Below are positions 29,456 to 38,705 of a DNA stretch of 55,699 nt, one piece after another. The stretch comes from Ferruginibacter sp. (lineage in GTDB: Bacteria > Bacteroidota > Bacteroidia > Chitinophagales > Chitinophagaceae): contig JBDTVX010000001.1 of the NCBI GenBank assembly GCA_040007015.1, forward strand, positions 1-55,699, in the 5' to 3' direction. Under the pieces are notes generated by a model. That model saw only the letters and a program-made list of their open reading frames with translations, was not told where the DNA came from and did not search any database. Numbering within the stretch: position 1 is the stretch's first letter; every line of letters begins with the position of its first letter. The position numbers and the translations under genes were made by a program.

Positions 29456-32400
29456 TTACTGTCTTCGCCGCACCCCATAAATAACCCCGGTTCCCTCTTC
29501 ATAGATCGTGAGTTTAACTCCGGGATTAACATTTACCTGCCCGGCTTCCTTTACAACGAGTGAACGGCACCTGGCATTTATATCTACCACCACCGGGTAT
29601 GTGAGTGTAACATAGGTAAGCGAATCGGGCACTTTATTATTGCTCCACAGCGTGGGGTCGCTCCAGTTGCCGCTCTTAACACTACCTGATTGAGTAGACA
29701 GGTTGGTGCGGACATTATTGCAACTGGTCCCCAGGCAGGGTGGTTCCCAAAAAGTGATACCATTATCGGTGGCGATCAGCAATTTGAAACGCAAGGTATC
29801 GTACGCAATGGCGTTAATATTGCTCGAAGGCAGGCCATTGGTATTTGTATATAAATGATAGTATTGAACACTATCCAGCCTGTTCGTTTGGCCAACGCCA
29901 TGATCGAAAAATACCAGTCCGGCTGTGGTGCCAATATAAACATCGCCATAAGGGTCGCCGGTAATGGCATTGGGATTGACCCCGCTGCCGGCAGGAAACA
30001 AGGAAAAAAAATTGATTGCATGCCAAACCTGGTGCTCGTCATATACCATCAAACCGCCATTGGCCAATCCTACCCATGCCCTTTTCATAGCATCAAAGAA
30101 AATGGCCCTGGCAACGAAACCGGAAGGAATAAGCGAAACCGTATTATGATCATACGACCGCAGGAACGCATTGGTGGTGGCATTGTACGCCAAAATCTGG
30201 TTACCACCATAATTGGCCGGTGCGAATCCCCATACCTGTGATGCATTACCTCCAACTGTTGTGATACCGGCCGTGCCGCTTCCTATATTCAAACTATCAC
30301 TCACGGGATGGAATTGTTTGTAAGTGGAATACAGTCCCTGGCCCAGCATGCCACTTGTATTATTGCCTCCATTAAGATAGGATTGTGTAGCTACCCAAAC
30401 TTTGGGATTGGTTCCGTCGTTGAGTTTGCTGGTATCCACATAGATGCCATGGGCATTGCGGGAAGGCACCTGCACTTGTGTGCTCACCGTATAAAAATTA
30501 TTGGCAGTGGTATATGGATTTGTAAAATAGTTAACCCCACCGGCAATGGCGGCTAAACCGCCCTGTGTTCCTGATTGGGCTATCCAGATACCGCCTTTTT
30601 TGTCCGCTTTAATATCATTGATCCTTACATTGGTGAGCTCTGCCCTTTTTACCCAGGCTGTATCATTGTATTTGTACAAACCAAGGTAAGGCGTGCCTGC
30701 CCATATATTTCCATTGGCGCCTACCCCTATACTGATGAAATTGTTGGTGGCAAATACAGGTGTATTGCTCATATCATAAATACAGGTATCTACCCCTACA
30801 GCTACCCAGGCAGCTTTAACAGAGACTACTTCTGCAGATGACGCACCGAAAAGTGTGGTAGCAGCATTGATCGAAACTGTTTTGCAGGTGGCAAAGCTTG
30901 AATTGGGAGGCAGGTTGAGCTCAGTGAGGTAAGCGATCCGTTGGGAAGAATTAAAACCAAGGCCAGCTACACTATAGGCCATGTGTTTTGTATTGGTGCC
31001 GTTTTCGCCCTGCGTAATCAGGAAGAACCATTTATTTAAAACATTGCTGTTTGTATGAACACCGCAATCATCATTATGCCCGGTTCCGGAACTAATTGGT
31101 ATCCTGCAGGTCTGGAATTCAGCAGGTGTCCAAAAATCACTCTTAAATGTACTTGGGTGCCCGTGGGTGATAGGGTTCGACATATCCCTTAGCCCTTCCT
31201 GGTATCTGATCGTGATCTCCTCACCAATCTTCCAGATAGATTTATTGGGGGCGATCGAAGGATTGTTGATGATCCCGTAGTTTTCTATGCAGGCAGCCCA
31301 TATATCGCTGAAGCCCTCGTTGAGTGCGCCCGACTCCCAGCGATATACCAATGCGGCCGTGGTTTGGCAAATCGCATGGCCCATTTCGTGGGCGCTTACA
31401 TCCAGGCTCGACAACACATTGAATTGCCTGTTCTCATCTCCGGGGGGTAGTGGTTTATCGTTTCTTCCATCACCAAAATACATGGCCTGTCCGTCCCAAT
31501 AGGCATTGTCCATAGCCACAATGTATCCCAGATCGTTCTGTACTACCCATTCCTTTACATGCATATAGCTTTGCGCCTGCCCAAAGTTATCGTCCCATCC
31601 TTTGCGGCCATGCACAAGCATCCAGTAATCGCTGATGATCTGCATATTGAAATGGACATCCAGGGCGGCATCATCGTCATTGGCATTGCTATATTCCGCT
31701 GCGGTCCAGTTATTATCATTATCAAGGAAATTAGTTATGTTAAGGGTTTCTCCCGGGTACTTACTATTGTAGTTCTGAGTCGTGATTTCCTGCCCGTTCC
31801 GGAATTGGTGCAGCCAGAAAGGTTTGCCCGGAACTCCGCTCGCATTGTCTGTTACTATCTGTTGAGTGTTGTTATAGTGGGTATCGGCAGTACCAATTAC
31901 ACCCGAAAGGTTGGCGTCCCCTTTCTGCCGGAGCGGTTGTGGCTGTAACAAAAACGACTTATTAGCAGCGCCGGTTTCATGGTCGTTTGCCCGTTGTTTC
32001 AGGCCATCGTAGCTTTCCTGCGGAATACCGTTCTCATCCCTATGTTTTATAATCGGATCATTGAGTACGATCCTGCCATCCTGTGCATCCACATATTGTT
32101 TCTGGCCATTGTAGCTTTCTAGCGGACTACCGTTTACACCCATATGTTTTATAATCGCATCATTGAGTACGATCCTTCCATCCTGTGCATCCACATATAT
32201 AAATGCCCTGCTCAATGGCAGGCGGGTATAGATATTGAATTTATAAGCCAGGCATAGCAGCCCATCTTCCAGATAAGTTTGTATAATCACCAGCTCACCT
32301 TTAGGCAGCATCATATTGGGATCGGTACCGGTATAACCATCCCACATAAATTCTTTGGCACCGGTGAAATCCTTTGCCTTTTGTAATGCCGCCTGTTCGC

Positions 32401-32836
32401 TTAGATCAGGGGTTGTTCTGAAATCGTCGGCGATCGGATAAAACTCCATTTGCATCATCGCAATTTTGCCTTTGCGGGCGGTGCTGTTGATTACTCCATG
32501 CTCTACCTTAATGCCGTTGTAATACTGGTGCAGCTTACTTACGATGAGGTCACCGGTATTGTCAGTTTTGCTGTCCGGGTTCAGGGCGTCCTTTCCGGGT
32601 CTTAGTTTCAGTTGGCTACCGAGCCATACGGCCGCCTGGTCCTGCTTTAAAGAAGCATCTGCTGAAAAAAGGATGCCCGCTTCCGAGGCACGGATCATGG
32701 TCATTTGCGACCCTTTTGCCTGTAGGTTGCCGGGCAGGTCCAGGTTTGATTTCATCTTCGACAGGGAAGGTTGGGCAAAAGCGGCGGCAGCAACCAGCAA
32801 TAAAAAAGCAGACAGCAGGCAATAGCGTTTTTTCAT
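29456..32836 (-). CDS. Exported thermolysin-like M4 metallopeptidase (FTP/PepSY propeptide, M4) with beta-propeller repeats and a C-terminal GNW/W-P module
   Basis: Signal peptide (AFAQ), QYYNGIKVE (FTP), YVDAQDGRIV (PepSY), DNAYWDG, AHEMGH, GALNEGFSD, GVHTNS; then GNIWAGT, GGIWIA, GDVYIGT, NGLPSSNINAIAYD propeller blades. Confidence 0.88.
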   Translation of the reverse strand: MKKRYCLLSAFLLLVAAAAFAQPSLSKMKSNLDLPGNLQAKGSQMTMIRASEAGILFSADASLKQDQAAVWLGSQLKLRPGKDALNPDSKTDNTGDLIVSKLHQYYNGIKVEHGVINSTARKGKIAMMQMEFYPIADDFRTTPDLSEQAALQKAKDFTGAKEFMWDGYTGTDPNMMLPKGELVIIQTYLEDGLLCLAYKFNIYTRLPLSRAFIYVDAQDGRIVLNDAIIKHMGVNGSPLESYNGQKQYVDAQDGRIVLNDPIIKHRDENGIPQESYDGLKQRANDHETGAANKSFLLQPQPLRQKGDANLSGVIGTADTHYNNTQQIVTDNASGVPGKPFWLHQFRNGQEITTQNYNSKYPGETLNITNFLDNDNNWTAAEYSNANDDDAALDVHFNMQIISDYWMLVHGRKGWDDNFGQAQSYMHVKEWVVQNDLGYIVAMDNAYWDGQAMYFGDGRNDKPLPPGDENRQFNVLSSLDVSAHEMGHAICQTTAALVYRWESGALNEGFSDIWAACIENYGIINNPSIAPNKSIWKIGEEITIRYQEGLRDMSNPITHGHPSTFKSDFWTPAEFQTCRIPISSGTGHNDDCGVHTNSNVLNKWFFLITQGENGTNTKHMAYSVAGLGFNSSQRIAYLTELNLPPNSSFATCKTVSINAATTLFGASSAEVVSVKAAWVAVGVDTCIYDMSNTPVFATNNFISIGVGANGNIWAGTPYLGLYKYNDTAWVKRAELTNVRINDIKADKKGGIWIAQSGTQGGLAAIAGGVNYFTNPYTTANNFYTVSTQVQVPSRNAHGIYVDTSKLNDGTNPKVWVATQSYLNGGNNTSGMLGQGLYSTYKQFHPVSDSLNIGSGTAGITTVGGNASQVWGFAPANYGGNQILAYNATTNAFLRSYDHNTVSLIPSGFVARAIFFDAMKRAWVGLANGGLMVYDEHQVWHAINFFSLFPAGSGVNPNAITGDPYGDVYIGTTAGLVFFDHGVGQTNRLDSVQYYHLYTNTNGLPSSNINAIAYDTLRFKLLIATDNGITFWEPPCLGTSCNNVRTNLSTQSGSVKSGNWSDPTLWSNNKVPDSLTYVTLTYPVVVDINARCRSLVVKEAGQVNVNPGVKLTIYEEGTGVIYGVRRRQ
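31994..32197 (-). repeat. In-frame 102-bp tandem duplication in the M4 propeptide
   Basis: YVDAQDGRIVLNDAIIKHMGVNGSPLESYNGQKQ / YVDAQDGRIVLNDPIIKHRDENGIPQESYDGLKQ; copies at 32096-32197 and 31994-32095. Confidence 0.95.
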
Positions 32837-33240
32837 AAAAAATATTTATGTGTTGGTTCAGAATCAATTACAAGAAAGGACTTTTAAAAAGGATATTCTA
32901 TTGTGCGTTTTGTAGGAATAAGGAATACACATCAATGTACAGCTTGCAGAACGGACATACCGGTATGAGATACATATATTCATCAAAACTAACGGAAAAA
33001 AAGTAGGGTTGGGATACTTAATTTTATGTAGCGGGAATGGAGACGCGGAATGTTATTGGGGTTGATTGTATACGTAATTCAAGATTGGTTAAAGGGTATA
33101 CACCGGTGGGGCCTCCGGGAAAAAGTCATTGGATCCGTTACCGGGAATAATGTAAAATACATCTCGTCACTGACAACCAAAATGCAGGGCAGACGCACGA
33201 AAATCGATTACTTGAAAAGGGGCTGTTCTTAATCCCGAAG

Positions 33241-33285
33241 GCCCGCCTGAACGGAAAGGGCAGGCGGGCTTTCAGGCTTTTAAAA
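33241..33285. repeat. GCCCGCCTG hairpin with TTTCAGGCTTTTAAAA tail (second copy at 45265-45310)
   Basis: gcccgcctg aacggaaaggg caggcgggc tttcaggcttttaaaa. Confidence 0.8.
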
Positions 33286-33338
33286 TTCTTCGGGCATCTT
33301 CCCCGAACCAAAATGCGCTAACACTACACCGAAATCAA

Positions 33339-33346
33339 TAAATTTG
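33339..33346 (+). promoter_or_regulatory. Bacteroidota -7 promoter box
   Basis: TAAATTTG about 50 nt upstream of ATG 33396. Confidence 0.5.
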
Positions 33347-33395
33347 CTATAAACAATCATTCAATAATTATTCTCCACATTTTAAAACCCAAAAT

Positions 33396-34262
33396 ATGAA
33401 ATTTGGCTTTATCGGCCTAGGTAACCTTGGAACACCTATTGCACAAAATTTATTATCAAATACAAAACAGTTATATGTTTTTAACCGCACAGCAGCTAAA
33501 GCACAGCCTTTGGCTGAAAAAGGCGCCGTGCTTTGTAATTCAGTAAAAGAACTCACTTCTTTATGCGATATCGTTTTCAGTATTGTGTCGGAAGATGTTG
33601 CATTAAAAGAGATCACTGCGGGCGATGAAGGTGTTGCCGCTAATTTAAAAGCAGGAGGCATTCATGCTTCTATCACTACCATACTGCCGGATACTGCAAG
33701 AGAATTGTCGGCATTGCACGGGCAATATAAAAATCATTATCTCGCCTGCCCTGTAATGGGACGGCCCGAAACAGCAAAGGCAGGAAAACTTAATTTCCTT
33801 GTTTCTGGAGAAAAGGAAGTGATGGAAAAAATAAAGCCGGTATTGCAACAAGCGGGAGCAGCGGCAATATGGGAATTCGGAGGTGAAGCGGGGGCAGCCA
33901 ACACAGCCAAACTTTGCAGTAATTTTTTGATCGTTGCTGCAATAGAAGCCATGGCGGAAGGTATACAACTGGCGCAAAAAAGTGGTATTGATGCTACCGC
34001 ATGGATGAATATGCTGACACAAACAATGTTTAACACCCCTATTTATACCAACTATGGTAATATTCTTTTAAAAGAAGCCTACCAGCCCGCGGGTTTTAGC
34101 TTACGTCTTGGATTAAAAGATGTGAACCTTGTAAAAGAACAGGCATCTTCCGTTAATGCAAAAATGCCCTTTGGTGAAATATTGCTCAGCCAGTTTAAAC
34201 AAAGTGTTGAAAATGGATTAGGAGAACATGACTGGACAGCCATTGCGCAGGCATTGAAATGA
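33396..34262 (+). CDS. NAD(P)-dependent beta-hydroxyacid dehydrogenase (3-hydroxyisobutyrate/6PGD-like family)
   Basis: FGFIGLGNLG, FNRT, ACPVMG, catalytic AKLCSN, AGFSLRLGLKDV. Confidence 0.92.
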   Translation: MKFGFIGLGNLGTPIAQNLLSNTKQLYVFNRTAAKAQPLAEKGAVLCNSVKELTSLCDIVFSIVSEDVALKEITAGDEGVAANLKAGGIHASITTILPDTARELSALHGQYKNHYLACPVMGRPETAKAGKLNFLVSGEKEVMEKIKPVLQQAGAAAIWEFGGEAGAANTAKLCSNFLIVAAIEAMAEGIQLAQKSGIDATAWMNMLTQTMFNTPIYTNYGNILLKEAYQPAGFSLRLGLKDVNLVKEQASSVNAKMPFGEILLSQFKQSVENGLGEHDWTAIAQALK

Positions 34263-34466
34263 TATTTGCTGCTATCGGCCTTCCCCATTCTGTTCTGCCC
34301 GTTCTGGCAAGGTAGCCTCGGGCTGGAGTGTTATTTTATTGTATTGCCGGATGTACTAAACTTAGTAAGGGATAAAATGGTGAATTTTTATTTGATTTGT
34401 ACTTTGATTGAATTTTAAATATAGACGACAGGTTCGTAGGGTACTGTCAATTAAAAACCAAAGGAC

Positions 34467-34578
34467 GATGTGCCTGCCTGACTGCATCAAGCAGACAGGG
34501 AAGAACCAATGTTTATTAAAGAGATACAGCGCCACCTCCTCTTTTTCGGAGAGGAGGAAGGGGGGTGAAGTCAGACGG
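34467..34578. repeat. About 110-bp dispersed composite repeat, copy 1 (copy 2 at 38378-38513)
   Basis: gatgtgcctgcctgaYtgcatcaagcagacagg..agaacMaatRtttattaaaga..cctcctc..ggaga.gagg.a.ggg.ggtga.gt is shared by both copies. Confidence 0.85.
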
Positions 34579-34689
34579 TAACGAACCGAATAGATAATTC
34601 AATTCACCTTTTATCCAGTGCAAGGTATAACCTGAATTTATCAACCCAAAAAGCAAAATAATTTGTTATCTTAACCTCATCATCAATTA

Positions 34690-35628
34690 ATGAGTATGCT
34701 TAACAGAAGAGATTTACTTAAGTTATCCGCTACACTGGCTGCAGGCGCATTGATTCCCGGGGCAGTTAGAGCCGCGGTTACCGCTCCAATTGGGTCATTC
34801 AGGTTTTGCCTGAATACAAGTACCATCAGCGGACAAAACCCGGGACTGCTTCGAATGATTGAGATCGCTTCCCGGGCGGGTTATGATGGTATGGAACTTT
34901 GGATAAACGATATCAAAGAGTATCTGAAACGGGGAAATTCTATCCAGTCATTAGCATCATTTCTTTCGTCAAAAAACATCGTGGTAGAAGACGCCATCAG
35001 TTTTACCGGGTGGATGGTGGATGATGAGGAAAAGCGAAAGGCGGCATTGACAGAACTCGAAGAAGAGATGAAGATAGTGGCTGCCCTCGGTTGCCGCCGT
35101 ATCGCTGCACCTCCTGCGGGAGTGGATAAAAGCGAACCAATCGATTTTCAAAAAGCAGGTGCCCGGTACCATGAGATCCTGGAGTTGGGAAGAAAATACA
35201 AAGTGATGCCGCAACTGGAATTCTGGGGCGCCTCAGGTACACTTTATAATTTTAGCCAGGCGCTGGCCATAGCCGCCGCAGCCAATGACAGGGATGCCCG
35301 CATCCTGCCGGATATATACCACCTGTTTCGCGGTGGCTCGGGGTTTGAAGGGTTAAACCTGGTAAATGGAAAGGTGATTGAAATTATTCATATGAATGAC
35401 TATCCCGCTTCCAAACCCGTGAATGAACAGACGGACAGCGACAGGGTATATCCGGGCGATGGAGCCGCACCGCTTAAAAAAGTATTACGCGACCTGAAAG
35501 CCATGGGAGGTATCAAAGTGCTTTCTCTTGAGCTTTTTAATAAGAATTACTGGGCGCAGGATGCGGTGGTTGTTGCGAAAACCGGTTTGCAGAAAATGAA
35601 ATCGCTTGTGAATGAGATCGGAGGTTAA
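34690..35628 (+). CDS. Sugar phosphate isomerase/epimerase (xylose-isomerase-like TIM barrel), Tat substrate
   Basis: LNRRDLLK Tat signal, CLNTSTI, AGYDGMELW, PQLEFWG, DIYHLF, IHMND, DRVYPGDG, LSLELFN. Confidence 0.9.
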   Translation: MSMLNRRDLLKLSATLAAGALIPGAVRAAVTAPIGSFRFCLNTSTISGQNPGLLRMIEIASRAGYDGMELWINDIKEYLKRGNSIQSLASFLSSKNIVVEDAISFTGWMVDDEEKRKAALTELEEEMKIVAALGCRRIAAPPAGVDKSEPIDFQKAGARYHEILELGRKYKVMPQLEFWGASGTLYNFSQALAIAAAANDRDARILPDIYHLFRGGSGFEGLNLVNGKVIEIIHMNDYPASKPVNEQTDSDRVYPGDGAAPLKKVLRDLKAMGGIKVLSLELFNKNYWAQDAVVVAKTGLQKMKSLVNEIGG

Positions 35629-35641
35629 TATAAAGCAAGGC

Positions 35642-36071
35642 GCAACGTCCCTGGCTTTCACAAAAGGCCCTGAGGCACGTTGCCCGGACGATGTTATAAG
35701 CCCGAACTGACGGCGCAACGTCCTCGGCTTTGCTTACGCTCGTTGAGACGTCGCCGGAAAGAGACACCATCTTTTTCCTGATGTCCCGTCAGGGACAATA
35801 TATGGGTAGCAAATGGATCACGCAATTAAAAGCGTGCCGTAGGTACGCTATGTGATCAGGATGTTATTCATATTGCGTACCTACGACACGCTTAGAAATT
35901 CTTTAAAATATTTTCTACCCATATGTTGTCCCTAACGGTACATAAGACCATTTCGGGCAACGTCTCCCAACGAGCCTAAGCCGGGCCGGGGGCGTTGCGG
36001 TTTATGAACGGGGTATTGCTCCGTATTTCGCAACGTCCCTGGCTGTCGCACAAGGCCCGGGAGGACATTGC
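35642..36071. repeat. Nested REP/REPIN-like palindrome cluster between convergent genes
   Basis: Four GCAACGTC...GACRTTGC-type hairpins (35642, 35715, 35957 inverted, 36030) flank a 163-bp inverted-repeat element (35781-35943). Confidence 0.85.
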
Positions 36072-36270
36072 TGAAAGGAAAAGATATGCCCGCAGGATCT
36101 CCGTATAAACACGAACGGGAGCTTTTTGAAAAGATGTGGCGGAATGCATAGCCGTAGTGGTTTTGTCAAAGATAAGGTTCAGTGATACAAAAGTTTTATA
36201 ACACGAATTATAAAATACGATCCGATAACTACCGGATTCCACCAACTAATGGGTGCTTATCACTCCGTCT

Positions 36271-37947
36271 CTATTTGTACTTCACATTCATAACGGTATT
36301 GCTTCCCTTCCAGTTTTTTATTACTACATACCGGCTTTTATTCACTACCTCAATAACCGGTAAAACTTTTTTGCCATTGATCGATGCCTTTTCCGCCGTG
36401 CCTTGCGCCGGTAATAAAATACGGGCTGTTCCATCTTCTATATTTCCCTTAATAGTTAACGATATGTTTTTCTTTTTAGGATCGTGCAGGTATTGATAAC
36501 TGACCGAGGCGCCTGTTGGCCCGTATACGAGGTTAATGGCTGCAGTATCTTTCGCTGCTGCTAACCAGCGCGGGGTAATTTCAACTTTTCGAAACTGTGC
36601 GCCTTTATCTACAATGCCTGCCAGGCCTTCTATTAAGGCACTGTAAACCGCCGCCTGTCCCCAGTTATCCGGTATACCTTCATCCACTTTTCCTTCGGGG
36701 GTGTAAGCAACAGGAAGGTCGCCATTATATTTTTTCATCAGTTGAATTATTCTTTGCAGTATATCCACTCCGTAACTTTCATAGCCATGCTGAAAAGCAG
36801 CTTTTGCCAGTTCACCTGCAACAATAGTATTCACACCTCCATTCATATAAGAGCCGGGTTTGTAATCAGCAAAATGTGGCTCCACTGCCGGGTATACGCC
36901 GTACCACTCGGCAAAAGAGTTTGCCTTATTGCTTTCCTTCAGAGCTTTATAAGTGCCGATGATTGATTCTGCCATTTCTTCTGTTGGCAATCCGCGGTTA
37001 ATATCATAAGGATTGGATAAACTCAATGTATTTTTCTGATCCATTTTAAGGTAAGAAGGCTGGGGATCATCCGCTATAAAATGCGCATAGAATTTTCCAT
37101 TCCAGCAGAGCTCATTTGTCCTGGTGCGAAAATCATTCGCCTGCTGCTTCCATCTTACCGCTTCCTTTTTGTTGCCGGTTACGCCAAACATTTTTGATAG
37201 CTGGTTACACGCTGCATACATACCGCTGTTATCGCCATGCATGATTCCCATTGGTGTTTTTTCATCAATATCAAAGATCCCTTTTTGAATGTCACCACCG
37301 TTGCGGGTATATTCCGCTCTTGAAACAGGCAACTGCATAAAGTCCCAGGTATCTAAAGTATATCCGCGTTTTACGAGTTGAAATTTTTTTGACCATCTCA
37401 TCGGGTCTGTCATTGAATAGTTTATTCCCTTTACCAAAGCAGGCAGCCATTTTTTTATAAAAGCAGTATCGCCTGTTGACTGCCACACAGTATAAACACC
37501 TTCCACCAGCAAATATTCAAGATCGGCTTCTACCGGTAAACGATGCATTTGTATTTGATCCTCCGGGATAACTTTCCAGTACCGCTGATCAAAAATTTTC
37601 ATTCGCTTTGCGATGCCGGTATTGCTTAATGGAAAATAATAATCAAAATAAAGCCCTTCAATGGTTTGATTTTGCAGGTAAAATTCAATAAAGCTTGTCA
37701 TGTCCGGATGCAGGAATTTCATAGCTTTCATTACATGTACATGATCCCTTATCCATGGCACAAATACATTTCTTTGCTTACCGCCGAGTGTGTCGATCCA
37801 TTTCTCCTGGTAGTTCATCATTCGGTTTTCAAGTTGTTTAAGTAACTGGCTATACTCACCTGTTTCAGCGCTAAAGGCAGTTTTATTTTGTGTAAAACCC
37901 GCAAGGGTTACGACAAGCAGGAATATTAGTATCAAATATTTTTTCAT
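36271..37947 (-). CDS. Exported six-hairpin (alpha/alpha)6 glycoside hydrolase-like protein
   Basis: Signal peptide MKKYLILIFLLVVTLAGFTQ; WIRDHVH, EADLEY, WQSTGD...WLP, GYTLDTWDF, CWNGKFY, YMNGGV; C-terminal beta domain. Family not assignable by eye. Confidence 0.65.
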   Translation of the reverse strand: MKKYLILIFLLVVTLAGFTQNKTAFSAETGEYSQLLKQLENRMMNYQEKWIDTLGGKQRNVFVPWIRDHVHVMKAMKFLHPDMTSFIEFYLQNQTIEGLYFDYYFPLSNTGIAKRMKIFDQRYWKVIPEDQIQMHRLPVEADLEYLLVEGVYTVWQSTGDTAFIKKWLPALVKGINYSMTDPMRWSKKFQLVKRGYTLDTWDFMQLPVSRAEYTRNGGDIQKGIFDIDEKTPMGIMHGDNSGMYAACNQLSKMFGVTGNKKEAVRWKQQANDFRTRTNELCWNGKFYAHFIADDPQPSYLKMDQKNTLSLSNPYDINRGLPTEEMAESIIGTYKALKESNKANSFAEWYGVYPAVEPHFADYKPGSYMNGGVNTIVAGELAKAAFQHGYESYGVDILQRIIQLMKKYNGDLPVAYTPEGKVDEGIPDNWGQAAVYSALIEGLAGIVDKGAQFRKVEITPRWLAAAKDTAAINLVYGPTGASVSYQYLHDPKKKNISLTIKGNIEDGTARILLPAQGTAEKASINGKKVLPVIEVVNKSRYVVIKNWKGSNTVMNVKYK

Positions 37948-38377
37948 GCCTGGAAGTTTAAAGGGATTTATCAAAAAAAATTATTTTAAACATTTGATTT
38001 TCAATTGAGCGCTTATTATGCAGGTATTTTATGCGGTGGTACTGAAGTGTAAACCCATAGCTATATTTTTCAAACAGCAGCGCCAGTCAACCTTTCTACA
38101 TTATTCAAAAATAAAAATAGATTGATAACAATCCCTGAAGGGTACAGGCAAAAGGTAATTAAACCATTATAAAGATAAAATGTATACGAGTGATTATTTT
38201 TTCTTTTTACCAAAAAGAAAAATAACAAGATACTATTTGCCGGTGAAGCTGAATCATAGCGCTTCAGCATGACCCAAAAAAATTGATTGCGCTTTTATTG
38301 CAATACAGGTAAAGACCTGTCAAATCCCGGGTATAAATTATTGTTTTGTAGGTCATGCCCGTGAAAAGACAGATTGA

Positions 38378-38513
38378 GATGTGCCTGCCTGATTGCATCA
38401 AGCAGACAGGAATAGAACAAATATTTATTAAAGATATGCCGCACTTCCTCCTCAATTTTGTCGAAGATCCCGATCCTTTCGGGAGAAGAGGGAAGGGTGG
38501 TGAGGTTGAGCGG
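38378..38513. repeat. Dispersed composite repeat, copy 2, with an extra TCCCGATCCTTTCGGGA hairpin
   Basis: Colinear with 34467-34578 apart from an about 20-nt internal insertion. Confidence 0.85.
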
Positions 38514-38705
38514 CAGGAGTATTTTTTCAGCATTTGAATTTTATAGTTCAGTAGTCTTTATGCATAACTCGCTACTTTAAGGCCATTCACCCTGCGTTAG
38601 TTTTTCTAATTTATAGGTCAATGGTAAAATGTTTAAATAATAAACAAAAAACTTTCATTCACTTTTCAGCCACCGCTTTGCCAATTCATTATAAAAATTA
38701 AACTT

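Noticed and set aside
35485-36245. Short ORFs across the REP cluster (35485, 35537, 35976)
   Set aside because: GC-rich palindromes lack stops by chance; the translations repeat the REP sequence (SQGRC).
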